Below are positions 40,958-53,516 of a stretch of DNA of 64,000 nucleotides, one piece after another (positions within the stretch are counted from its first letter, which is position 1; every line of letters begins with the position of its first letter). The stretch spans positions 859,690-923,689 of the forward strand of contig NW_018408013.1 of NCBI RefSeq assembly GCF_002113885.1, read 5' to 3'. The stretch comes from Mizuhopecten yessoensis (taxonomy: Eukaryota). Both the position numbers and the translations under genes were made by a program. Below the pieces are notes generated by a model. It saw only the letters and a list, made by a program, of their open reading frames with translations, was not told where the DNA came from and searched no databases.

Positions 40958-43900
40958 CAGGAAAAGTCTTGTGTGAAACCTTAAAAAAATCATAATATCA
41001 TACCATCGTGTTAAATTGCAGACTATCACTTTCTTATATGCATTTTTATTGAGTCTAAAGCAGCAACGAACTCTCTTTTTTCAATAAGTGAAAAACTCAT
41101 GAAGATTAATATGTGCCTGTGCATGTATGTACGCCATGAATATTAGATTGGTAGAATAAAAGAATAGATCACAGCAATAAGGAAAATGTACGAAACCAAT
41201 CGTATTTTCCTGGCATAGATTGCTAGAAAATGTTTCCCCCTCTTAAAGCAATAAGTTAAATGGTCGTCTGGTGGCACAGCCGTTATAGCATGCATACTCA
41301 CTGATAACAGTACATCGTATTTTTCTCATTGTGCGTAAACTAAAGGATTGACAAATGGCTGACATAAAGAGGAACTAACCTTACCCACAGAAAAGGATCC
41401 ACACCCGACAGGGGTATATGGGGTTAACCTTTTAACTCCTTAAGTAGGGTTGCTATACACCACCTCTTAGCTGAGGGAAATCACCGATGCTTAACTGAAG
41501 GGTTGGCGGATGCCTGCGTTTCGATGAATCTACGACTTTGCCAAATAGGTACAACCATACCGGAAAGATCGAGGAAAAGGGTAAGAATATCTCTTTTTTA
41601 CCAGGTCATGTAACAAGTGTAAAGTGTATAACCATGGACGTGGTATTTCAGTGAGGTAGCACTCTAACAGTCGGCATTTTATACGTACTATCGCAAGGAG
41701 GCTAAATTCACCAACATAGCGCATCCAGCACACACGCTTACATTACATGTGTGGAGGCAGTCCTTATTTCTTATTTTCTTTATATGAATCCTCTTGATCA
41801 ATTTTGACAAGCGTCGTATAGGTTTTCCTTTCTCTCCCTTTACAAAATTCAGTTTAATTGTTTTGGTCAATAAGAAAAGTAAGATGGACTTCATGGTCTC
41901 AAGCTAGCGAAAAACATTTCAACTTCTTGTCTTACACAAGAAACAGGTGAGCGAAAAAGACCCGATCGCCATTTTGTTGTCAAGTCATATCCGATCATTT
42001 CATGTAATATAATCAAAACAGTTGACAAATTATTACCAAAGCCAATTACTATTATAACAAAATAGGATATTGGGCAAGTATTGTCAATGCAAATCTGTAA
42101 TCCTTTGTTAAATCGGGTAGGAAATAAGTCAGTTATAAATAGCATGCAATACATTCTTGTATGAAAGTATAACTTACCTTGATAGCGTGTCAAACAAACC
42201 GGTCGATGACAGTTGAGCACCTACGCATCTGTACCAATGTCTAAAGTGATGGTGTATCCATACGGGCGAGTACTTTTATAATATTTTAATTGCATGCTTT
42301 CATATATATAAATAATTTACCTTTCAATTAAAGCGGTATTTCAAATTAATCTATTTCAAATTAAGCGATATATAGCAACAAAGACAAAGAAGGCATGTGG
42401 ACGGGGATTCTTTTTTATTTCAAATTAACCGGTATTTCACTTTATCCGAGTTCAAATTAAGTGGGTTCGACTGTATATATATTATACTACCTTGTAAATT
42501 GATTGTATGTGTTCTTTTAAGGCAAATGTTTGATTGTAAAGCGTTTTATTTGGTTCAATACCAGATGCTGGTACCAGTCGGATTGTTTGGTTGATAGAAT
42601 AGTTACAGTAAAGGATGCAGGATTTAAACATATAAGACAATGATGTGTGTTAACCAATAACAATATAGCCATTCTGTCACTGAGTTCACACACTCACAAG
42701 GAGAGTTGACGTGTGGAGTATTACTCGTCTGTTTAGAATATAGAGTATTTTGCAAAAGACTCGTATTCATGAAACCATTCTCAAGCTCAACGGTTTTAAA
42801 TGTTTACATTTGACTTTTTGATTGTTTGACATGATTTAAGCGAGTTAATTACGAGAAAGTTGGTTTGAGCACAGAATCCATTCTTGAGCGTGAAAACGGT
42901 TTCATGAATACGGGCCCAGTTTTGTTTGTTATGTTCGTTATTCAATCAGGTGAATTAATTGGAAATCGTTTTTTAAGCATGTATACTCACTGATAACGGG
43001 AGATTGTATTTTACCATTGTGCGTAAACTAAAGGATTAATTGATTTAATTGGAAATCGTTTTTGAAGCTTTGAAGTTAACTTGTGAGGAGGCCATTGCGA
43101 CGAGCTGTTACAACAGCTCGTCCGTACGACACGTACATCGGCAGCGTACCGTGCGACAATTTCACTGTCAAAGTGTAATTTGTCAATCAAAAAAAAAATT
43201 TAAAAAAAAATCATTTTTACCTTCAAAGTCTTTATCCCTGCCTTTTACAACAAGCAATGTTCATGGAGCTCCAGATTTTGAACATTTATTGATTTCACTA
43301 TATAAATTTTCCATATAACTAACTTAAGATTCATTCCCTAATTACTGGACGCATTTCAAACAAAGAGGGCGTTCTTATTCTCTTATTAAGCTTTTAGTAG
43401 TTTATAGATTCGCTACAGTTATATGTTTTATTTCTTTTGTGTGTGTTTTATTTGTTTTGTGTATGTTTAATGTATTTTACTTAAAAGCATGTCAATAGAT
43501 TATTGTTTTTCGATACACCTTCATTATTTGATTACGTTTCTGGATTATGTTTTATGACGTCTGTGATATAAACCATGTGATGTGATTTTGATGTATGTTG
43601 ATATATTCTATTTCTGTACGTTTTGTTTACATTTTGTGATCATTATAATCTTTTGTTTTCTGTAATTACACTTTAGTTACATTTATTATAAATCCTATTT
43701 TGCGTTAATCTTATGTCCATTATAATTTTTATGATATGCCATTATTTGTATGTGTAGCATAGTGCTGTAATTTCCTGTATCAATTGATGTATAATAGTAG
43801 TGATTTATTTTCTGTCTATAACATGCTGTTAAATCTAACTTTACTGTTGTTTTTAAAATTGTACCTATGTTTGTAGAAAAAAAACATAACTTATGTTTTA

Positions 43901-44555
43901 TGTTTGCTACATACGGCAATAAATAACGTTTCTTTAATCTATAGATCATCTTGTACGGGTCACACGGAGGCTGGCGGTCAAAATCACTCTCACGTTTTCA
44001 TAACTTTATCCACACAAATAATATTCTATTGTATAAAGGGGAGTAACTCTGACAAAGGGAAGACAGAAACACTCCTAACAAAACTAAAGTTACTACTCGG
44101 TAATTTGATTCGTGGTAGGCCTAGCTATGTTGGTTCAAGTATTGTATTAAGTTGTTATATGATATATCTATGGTCTAGCTGGTGTTTTTTGTCGTAGACG
44201 AGACTTCATCATGTGATCATAACAGTTGTATATTGTGTCACATGATAACAACATGGCGTTGGGAGTAGAATCGTTACGATGGCTTATTGTATGCAGTGTT
44301 CTGCTAGGTGAGTAGTTGACTGTTCTGTTCCGTGTCCTGAGATTCCTACTATTTAGGAACACATTTTGTGGAGTATAATACCTAGTATCATCTAACCAGT
44401 TGGTGTAAATATAAAAAGGACGATATTCTACAGCGCTTAAGTGTGGTTACCTGGGCCGTTTTCGTTTAATGAAACGATCCAGGACGTTAAACTGAACGAC
44501 CGGTTGTTCCGCATTTATAAACGACAAGCCCATGGTAATGTACAGTATTTACACT

Positions 44556-44680
44556 AAAAACCACACAGCCGTATAGGAAGCACACTTAAAATATCAAATG
44601 TGTAGACAATCTTTTATACTAATTAAGTTGGTACACATTTGATATTTTAAGTGTGCTTCCTATACGGCTGTGCGGTTTTT
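44556..44680. repeat. Near-perfect hairpin (49-bp arms, 27-nt spacer)
   Basis: 44556-44604 is the reverse complement of 44632-44680 with one mismatch. Confidence 0.9.
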
Positions 44681-45095
44681 CACATATATGGACGTACGTG
44701 CTCAATCACCTCATAATTGTCAAAAAAGGAGCAAAAACGTATTTTCAGGACGAAAAATTATAACATAACGATGAATGTACTTGAAGCTAATCGATGATGT
44801 TATATTTTTTAATTGATAAGTCATTCCGTCTGCCTTATTGTTGAATGAAATTTGTATTCGTATTAATATTTTCAACTAACTATTAAAATTCAACGTTTGA
44901 AAAAAAAGCCGGTATTCCAGCCTAGCCTCCGAAATAATCATCTGAGACATATATATTTATGTAACTCCCGTTCCCATTATTTTTGATAAAACTCGTTCAA
45001 TATGGTCATTTGGTTAATTTTTATTCTACAGAGTTGTCTTAAAATACGCCAAAATCGTAACCAAAATGAGCCTGGGAACAATTATTTTTCTGTTG

Positions 45096-45154
45096 GTTGC
45101 CATGGTGCCGCGGATAAACATTGATGATCACGTGATCAAACATGATCCGCCCCT
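45096..45154 (+). promoter_or_regulatory. Candidate ACP5 promoter module: X-box-like site, CLEAR/E-box palindrome, GC box
   Basis: gttgccatggtgcc (45096-45109), tgatcacgtgatca (45125-45138) and ccgcccct (45147-45154), about 370 bp upstream of the proposed ATG. Confidence 0.5.
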
Positions 45155-45506
45155 CATTAATATTCATGTGGAAAAGTGGCTCTCATTTCTCCATTTCAAT
45201 TTCTTTATTTCCAACTGCAACAGATAACATATAGGAGTAACAATATACATGTACATACAAGTAAATATTACAATCCACATGTGCTACACGAAAATGGTTA
45301 TATCGTTTAACCGGTTTGTCATATTTACCCTATATATTTGGGAATACTTCCCCATGTTTAGTTATTATTTCCATAAATCAAAATTAATTTCCTTTTACTA
45401 CAGTTAAATCTTCTTTGTTTACTTAAATTCCTCAAATATTCGCTAATATTTGCCTTTTCTCATTTACATTTCCCTAAATCTGTTAATGTCCTGCTTGGGC
45501 GACAGC

Positions 45507-48500
45507 ATGTTTCCTTCAAGGTAAGACTGGCAGCGTTTACCAAAACTACACTCGTAGGCCGCAGACTCTGATAGAGGCTCATTACGGATATCATAATACG
45601 TGCAGATTGCTAGCATTGATTTTAACTAGACAAAATATGATATTTATTTCCTTCACCTGAGTTTTTTAATCAATGGTTAGTTTATAACCTACCGTCATCA
45701 GATGGTAGGCTCATCAAATCGACAGTTGTGCATGTTTCATTTTGAGACTGATCGGGAAAAACAAGATGGTCGCCAGGCACCCAACTTTGATTTGAACTTC
45801 AAATTTGTTATCGCTATTTTTGAAGAAGAATTTGACAGATCTTTCTCATGTTTAGGTTTCCCTTGGTCCATAGATGTGCATGCTTAATTTTGTAACCCCT
45901 CTGATAGGGAAATTCAAGATGGTCACAAAGCAGCCATCTTGGACTTTGAGAGTTAAAGTTTGTTATCACTATTTTTGAAGAAGCACTCGACAGATCCTCT
46001 TGGTCCATAGCTATGCATATTGCATTATTAGACTGAATGGGAGACAACAGATTGCCATAAGGTTGCCATCTTGATTTCAAAATTTAAATTTGTCGTTGCT
46101 ATTTCTCAAGAAGTAATGACAGATATTTTTTCTCATTTGATATGAAGGTTTTTAGTGTTCTATTTTTGTGCATGCTTCATTTAGGGACTAATAAAAAGAC
46201 GAAATGGCCGTCAGACAGCCATCTTGGATTTTGATAGTTCAAGTTTGTTATATGTATCGCTATTTTTTTCATTAAGTATTTGACAGACCTTTCTCAAATT
46301 TCATACGCAACCAGGCAAGAAATAAACAATGAACTCACTTTGAAAGAAATCTTTCAAACCCCTAAGCTGTATGAAAGGTTTAATCAAACGGTACCAGTAA
46401 CTGTTGCCAATAGTATAAACCCAACAAATAATATGAGAAAAGAAGCGAAAAAAAGGGAACAGATCAAACAGCAAGTTTTGAAATAAATAAATGAAATACC
46501 AGTTGAGCTATAAAGGCCCCTATGCCTATTGTTTTTTTGTTGTCTGTCTTCTTCTCCTGCTTTTTATACGCCCGTCAAATTTGACGGAAGTATTGTGGTA
46601 TGGGATCGTCCGTCTGTCCGGCGTAAACTTTTGTTTGTCCGGCAATCTCCTCCTACATTTTTCGACCGAACTCTTTGAAACTTGGTTTACATTATAATCA
46701 TGAAATGAAGTTGTGTCTCCCTTAAAGAATTTTGATTCGACCATTTTTTTCAAACGTTATTGCCCTTTGTTCATTTCAGTATTTGATTTTTTGTCCGGAG
46801 ATCTCCTACATTTTTTGACGGATAATCATGACATGTTGTTGTGTTTCCTTGATCAGTGCAAGGGAAATTATATTTTCTGTTAAAAACAATCAGTTCGGCA
46901 TATTTGGGTGGTTGTTGTTTGGGAGCATTAGCGAGTCTTTATACAATATTTCATACATAATTTAGGGATATAATCATTATGTCATATCCGGTGCGTATAG
47001 TTGACAAATGGATCTGATTTGTATCATACAAGAATTCATTATTATTGATAGACTTACAGAGCTAGAGTGTTGTGTTGAAAAGAGAAGTCCCAGCATTCTT
47101 TCACATAGAATTAAATGTAAAATTGATAATCACACGTTATGTATTTATTCATCATTGCGGAAAATAAATTACCCTGGCATGTTGCTATAAATTTATTATT
47201 AGACATCCGTTAATGTAAACTTTATTAATTTTACATCCATTGTGAAACAAGTTATTTCAACTTATAGAAAACCCACGTGGTTGGGCAGGTGACCCCATAC
47301 CTTTTCACATCCGATCGGGGAATCGAACCCCGGCCGCCTTGGTGAAAGGCATGTGCGCTATCCACTGCACCACCCGACCACCAGACATCTGTTATTCCGT
47401 AAGATGAAAATAATGTTGGAGTGATGTGAAATATATGTTTTGTAGTATTCTGTTAATTACCCTTTACGTACTGTCATCCAGTGACCCTCCATGAAAGCTG
47501 CGCCGTCAACAGCACGAGGCTCCTGGTGCTCGGGGACTGGGGAGGGGTGGACGTAGTGCCATATAAGACCATTGTAGAGGTCAGCGTGGCCAAACAGATG
47601 GGCATTGTAGCTGACCAGTATGCACCCCAGAATATTCTTGCCCTAGGGGACAACTTCTACTTTGATGGGGTGAAGGACGTCACTGACAAACGCTTCAAAG
47701 TAGGTAAACGTTTCCTTCTAAGTAGATAGATATATCTGATAATACAGGTGCAGTTGTCATCCAAATGTAGTTTAGTCTATTTTTCAAGGAAAGTAATATT
47801 TTTTCTTCAAAGTATGTAAATTCAGCCTTCAATATTTGATAATTCGTTTGCTCTGCATCCTTCCATTGCATTGCATCGAGAAGGCAAATGTTGTTGTGAG
47901 ACTATAACAACATTTGCTATTGTAACGTCGTCAATCTCTTTTGTGACGTCATCAAGTTTATTGTTGTCAAGAATTAATTTGCTGTTCAAAATATCTTGAT
48001 AAAGCGTAACTACTCAATCGAAATGTTAACATGAATAATGAATATTTCAGCATATATTGTTATGGCCCTGAAACACACTTTTGTATTGCTGACAAAGTTA
48101 CGTAATGCCGGGCTTTATTAAGTTTGTCATCAATAGCAATGTGTATTACAGGACCATAACAACATGTACTAAAACATTCATTGCTCAATTACAAGATGTT
48201 ACTCTGTATGCTAGTGTTATCTACAACATGTTTAATTTCTGNGAAAAAATGATAACACTGTTACTTTGTATATATTTGATACAATAAATGATAACACTGT
48301 TACTTTGTATATATCTGATACAATAAATGATAACACTGTTACTTTGTATATATCTGATACAATAAATGATAACACTGTTACTTTGTATATATCTGATACA
48401 ATAAATGATAATACTGTTACGTTGTATATATCTGATACAATAAATGATAACACTGTTACTTTGTATACAAACGAAACAGTAAATGATAACACTGTTACTT

Positions 48501-51500
48501 TCTTTTTAAACGAGACAGTAAATGATAACACTGTTATTGTTTTCAAGATAATTCAGTCAGTGATAACACTGTTGCTTTATATATAGACGATACAGTAAAT
48601 GATAACAGTGTATATAGATGATCTATTTTTTGTTAAAGGAAACGTTTGAAGATGTGTACACTAGCCCGTCACTGAAGATACCATGGCATGTTATCGCCGG
48701 AAATCACGATCACCATGGAAACGTGTCTGCCCAAATCGCTTATTCAAATGTTGACAAACGATGGTATGATATAATATTTCATTTATATTGAAAATATTCC
48801 TGTTTTTGGTTCAGAAAAAAACGGTAGTATAATCTCTAAATGATCAAGCCTCAAATACATTAGCTCATGTTCCTATATATTAAGTTTGATTTGTGAAAAT
48901 GGAATGATCTCCGATTAATGAGCGGGAGAAATAAATGAATGAAATATTTTCAATGGACATATTCTATAAATATTTATTCATTTTCGTAACACAGGCATTT
49001 TCCTAACTACTACTACAAAATGTCGATGTCTGTTCCCGGGGGAGCAACGATGGATATCATCATGATAGACACAGTCCTGCTCTGTGGGAACACAGGCATG
49101 GACGAGGAGGGTGCTCAGCCCAAGGGACCGAGCAATGTCAAAGTGGCAGACGATCAATGGGCGTGGATAAGTAGCATGCTTCAATTGAGCACGTGAGTGG
49201 AAGAATTAATGTTTTTACAAACCTCGGACACATATTTTGTGTAAGGTTGCAGCTAGCAAATACCCTTACCTTGTTTAATGTCCTATTAACAGCTCAGGTC
49301 ATTTAAGGACGTGCCTCCGTGTGCGTAGTGTATACGTGCTTGCGTGTGTGTATGAAGGAGACATGGTATGTTGGTGTGCTTGCCTCCTTGTGATAGCGTG
49401 GATCTGATGCCGACGTCATAGTGCTATCTCACTGAAATACCATGCCGAAAAAACCCAGCACAGCATTTCGCCCGGTCACATTATACTGACAGCGGGTGAA
49501 CCAGTTGTTGCCATTCCCCAAAATGCTGAACGTTAAGCAGGGAATACTAACTACCATTTTAAGGACTTTGGTATGTCCCGGCCTGGGGACAGAACCCATT
49601 GCCTTCCTCGCCTGGGCGAACGCTCAACATTCCAGTCAAAAGTGAGGTGTTGCCAAGCAAGGCGTTAGGAAATAAAAGGTAGTTAGAAGTAGAAAGAAAG
49701 ATAAAGATCCCAAATATTGCAATGGGCGCAGCAGATTTATTGTGGTCGCGTTTGTGTCCCCAAATAGAGGACACCAAAGCAAATCCCCAATTCGACAGGG
49801 GGTTCCCACATTAGTCGCTTCCTACGATACATGCAGTGGGTAACAGCAGGTGTATTCTTTTCCCAATCTCCCACCTGCAGGGGTGATCACTGTCGTGTAA
49901 AATGTGACATTTGATTGGTGTTATACATCACTGTCGTGTAAAATATGACATTTGATTGATGTAATACAGCACTGTCGTGTAGTAAGTGGTATATACCTGA
50001 TGTTATATTTCACTCTGTCTTTTTATGGATGACAAATTATGCATGCATTGTTTGATCATTGGATTGGACCCTCCCTTTTTAACAATTTTAACACTCCACT
50101 TTCATTGCTATAACCGTATTGCAATACATATCTAATTGTTGCTTGTATTGTTCCTATATGTTTACGTTAGTTGTACGACTGTATCACCTACCTTATGTCC
50201 TATTCAGAGCTGATTTCCTACTAGTGGCAGGCCACTATCCGGTGTATTCCATAGCAGAGCATGGACCAACAGACTGTTTGGTGAAACAACTTTTACCACT
50301 TCTGCAGAAATATCGAGTAACAGCCTACCTCAGTGGCCACGACCACAACTTACAGGTAGGTACACAACGTACCAACATACAGGTAGGTACATAACGTACC
50401 AACATACAGGTAGGGACACAATGGATCAACATACATGTAGGTACACAACGTACCAACATCCAGCTACGTACACAACGTACCAACATACCGGTAAGTACAC
50501 AACGTAACAACATACAGGTCGGTACACAACGTACCAACATACAAGTAGGAACACAATGGATCAACATACATGTAGGTACACAAAAAGTACCAACATACAG
50601 GTAGGTACATAATGTACTGGCATACAGGTAGGTACACAACGTATCAACATACAGGTAGGAACACAACGTACCAACATACAGGGAGGTACACAACGTACCA
50701 ACATACCGGTAGGTACATAACGTCCCAACATACAGGTAGGTACACAACGTACCAACATACAGGTAGGTACACAACGTACCAACATACAGGTAAGTACACA
50801 ACGTAACAACATACAGGTAGGTACACAACGTACCAACATACAGGTAGGTACACAACGTACCAACATACAGGTAGGTACACAATGTACCAACATACAGATA
50901 GGAACACAACGTACCAACATACAGGTAGGTACACAACGTACCAACATACAGGTAGGTACACAATGTACCAACTTACAGGTAGGTACAAAACGTATCAACA
51001 TACAGGTAGGTACACAACGTACCGGCAAACAGGTAGGTACACAATGTACCAACATACAGGTAGGTACACAATGTACCAACTTACAGGTAGGTTCCCAATG
51101 TACCAACAACATGTACACTTTTGTTTGATTTTGTTTAACGTCCTATTAACAGCTAAGGTCATTTAAGGACGGGGTAGGTACACAATGTACCGGCATACAG
51201 GTAGGTACACAACTAACAATATTGATTATTAATTTTATAATGATTGATTGTTAATTTAAAGAACATTCTTCTGACTACATTTTAACAAAGTAACAATCAG
51301 TTACTGATGGTCAAATATACTATATTCGGAAGAACATTTACATACCAATGATCATAAATTATCTCCCTTTACAGCACCTAGAGATGGTAACCCCCGGACT
51401 TACCACCGACATGTTCGTGGTCGGTGCTGCCAACTTCGTGGATACAAGTACCGAGCACAGTCAGTCCGTCCCAAAAGGCTCATCCAAGTTCATGTGGGCC

Positions 51501-51623
51501 AAACCACTAGACCTTGGTGGATTCGCTTACATTGAAACTGTCAAAAACAACATGACCTTCACTTTTGTAGATGGTCGAGGTCAATCAATTTATCAAAAAG
51601 TTCTCTTTCCAAGAAAAAAATGA
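45507..51623 (+). CDS. ACP5: Tartrate-resistant acid phosphatase type 5 (purple acid phosphatase)
   Basis: Probable exon 1 at 45507-45520 (lower confidence), then 47446-47699, 48639-48763, 48995-49192, 50208-50355, 51375-51623. Metal-binding motifs GDWG, GDNFY, GNHD, GHYP and GHDH are all present. About 328 aa if one extra base near 47480 is removed. Confidence 0.92.
45680..46900 (+). mobile_element. Helentron/HINE-like elements with ~150-bp internal repeats in ACP5 intron 1
   Basis: Hairpin head cctaccgtcatcagatggtagg, recurring caagatgg...gccatcttgga...tttgttatcgctattt units (45680-46310), and a second head tttttatacgcccgtc...gacgg plus gtcc microsatellite at 46560. Related sequence at 8270-8560. 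Confidence 0.55.
47267..47382 (-). mobile_element. tRNA(Glu)-like SINE head, truncated
   Basis: Reverse strand reads tggtgcagtgg...gcctttcaccaaggc...ggttcgattcccc, followed by gtgggttttct (start of a V-like domain). No proper acceptor stem. Confidence 0.55.
48247..48610. repeat. 39-bp minisatellite, about 9 copies, ACP5 intron 2
   Basis: Unit aaatgataacactgttactttgtatatatctgatacaat; begins next to an assembly n at 48242. Confidence 0.9.
49271..49886 (-). mobile_element. Interspersed SINE (Meta-domain-like), copy 2, in ACP5 intron 4
   Basis: Aligns with 7310-7765. Its 3' tail (reverse complement ggcacgtccttaaatgacc..gctgttaataggac) is shared with the V-type SINEs. Confidence 0.7.
50346..51212. 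repeat. 27-bp minisatellite, about 30 copies, spanning the ACP5 exon 5 donor; interrupted by a SINE tail at 51121-51170
   Basis: Unit caacatacaggtaggtacacaacgtac. Confidence 0.95.
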
Positions 51624-51748
51624 TGACCATCAGTAATACTGACCATTATAAAAAGGGAGTTGTTTGTAATGTGTTCACGAATTACGGGGATTCTTTTTAA
51701 TCTGTTAACGAATTACGAAACATATAGTAATTGAATACCTGTTTTAGA

Positions 51749-52225
51749 GTGATTTTTATATGAATTATATTTGCATGATGAAGCTGTCTATTGTGATAAG
51801 GTTGTATTCACTGGATTCGTATAACTCCATGAAAATTGCCATTGAATTATAAAAAAATATATACAAATGAAGAACACCCGAATAAGGAAGTGTAAGAGTA
51901 ACCTAGTATCCGTGGTTTCAGGTGTTCATTGTCCTATATATAGGCCTATTTATTATCTATGCAATTAATAACACACAAGTGCCATTCAATATTTATTTCT
52001 GATGATTTTTATATAAAATTATATTTGCATGCTATTTTTGCTGGACTTGTATATTGTGATAAGGTTGTATGCAATGGATTGAATTATAAAATATACAAAT
52101 TAAGAACACCCGAGTTAGGAGGTGTAAGGGAGAGTTTCCGTGGTTACCGGTGTACATGGTCCTATTATTTATTTCCACGTCAGTGCCATTCAATATTGAT
52201 TTCTGATGATTTTTATGTAACACTG
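51749..52225. repeat. Degenerate ~210-250-bp tandem duplication downstream of the ACP5 stop codon
   Basis: tgatttttatat..attatatttgcatg...tattgtgataaggttgtat...aagaacacccga...ccgtggtt occurs twice, with the start of a third copy. Confidence 0.7.
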
Positions 52226-52260
52226 TGATAGAAATACCTACTTATATACCGGTACTTGTC

Positions 52261-52550
52261 ATTTAACATTCCATGTCAATCGTGTGACAGTTATTTAGCA
52301 TTCCATGTCAATCGTGTAACAGTTATTTAACACTCCATGTCAATCGTGTGACAGTTATTTAACATTCCATGTCAATCGTGTGACAGTTATTTAACATTCC
52401 ATGTCAATCGTGTGACAGTTATTTAACATTCCATGTCAATCGTGTGACAGTTATTTAACATTCCATGTCAATCGTGTGACAGTTATTTAACATTCCATGT
52501 CAATCGTGTGACAGTTATTTAACATTCCATGTCAATCGTGTGACAGTTAT
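52261..52550. repeat. 32-bp minisatellite, 9 copies
   Basis: Unit atttaacattccatgtcaatcgtgtgacagtt, almost invariant. Confidence 0.95.
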
Positions 52551-53497
52551 GCAAAATTTTTAAACATATGCAAATAATGCAGACATCCTCGTCGGTAATG
52601 TATTTTTCAAAACTTTACATTTGAATATGATTTATTATAGTAAATGTATTTTGGTTTGAAGCTATGCAATGTATTTTACCTGTAATTTATTTTTAATTGA
52701 TATTTCAAATTGAATTTGATATGAGTGATCCTTTTGCTGCCATGTTGCTTCTTTTTCATAAATATGTAGTTTGGCCAACGTTAAACAACAAATAGAAACA
52801 AAATTATAAAAAAAAAGATGTTATGTAACCACGTAGTTTTATTTTCTAAGTTAAACATTTAAACCAAATTTTGTGTACTTATATCATTTTTATCAATAAG
52901 CATCAAACGTTGCGTCCGTTGAAGTATATGTATAAAGAAACATATTGAGTGGAAGGTCCGGTTTACTATTATAGTTGCAATCACATTGACTGCATATGTA
53001 ACTTGTAACGATAGTAAACTATAATTGTATATTTTATGTATGTAAGAACACTGTGATAGCTGGAACCACACTTCAGTTTAACTATCGTTACATCTAATGT
53101 TGTCTATTCCACTGAAGTTTCTTTCTCAATTTTGAAAATTAAGAAGGTATACATAAGCAACCGATTCTCGCAATTCTTGCTACATTTTACTCTTATTAGT
53201 TATCAGAGACAAAATATAGAACTTTTTAAACCATGAAAATATATAACTGTTATGAAAATAGAACAAACGTTATGGTATTTTGATGTTGTAAACATAATTA
53301 TCATTTTAAATAGCAAAAAGATAAATGTAAATATTCGAATAGTGTTGAACGCTTACATTCCTATATATTGTCTAGAATGAAATACATTGTAGTTAGCTAT
53401 ATATACGGAAAACAATATTTGTACGAAGTAAGAGGATTATAATCATAATGAATGAGGTGTTGTGGTATCATAGCACGTGTCCTCCTGTTTTCCTCCG

Positions 53498-53516
53498 TGG
53501 CCAGTAGATGGCGCCC
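53498..53516 (+). promoter_or_regulatory. CTCF-like binding motif
   Basis: tggccagtagatggcgccc closely fits the CCASYAGRKGGCRS consensus and stands out in an AT-rich intergenic region. Confidence 0.45.

Noticed and set aside
41288-43038. ~60-bp direct repeats (41288-41350, 42977-43038) as LTRs
   Set aside because: Too short, with no PBS/PPT or internal coding sequence; probably an old local duplication.
47313-47382. tRNA-Glu gene (also the tRNA-Thr-like sequence at 29818-29890)
   Set aside because: Acceptor stems do not pair and both run into repeat sequence, so they are treated as SINE heads.
50325-51166. Cys/Tyr-rich repeat ORFs on both strands
   Set aside because: Translations of the 27-bp intronic minisatellite.
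52261-52550. CRISPR-like 32-bp repeats
   Set aside because: Units are head-to-tail with no unique spacers, the context is eukaryotic, and there are no cas genes.
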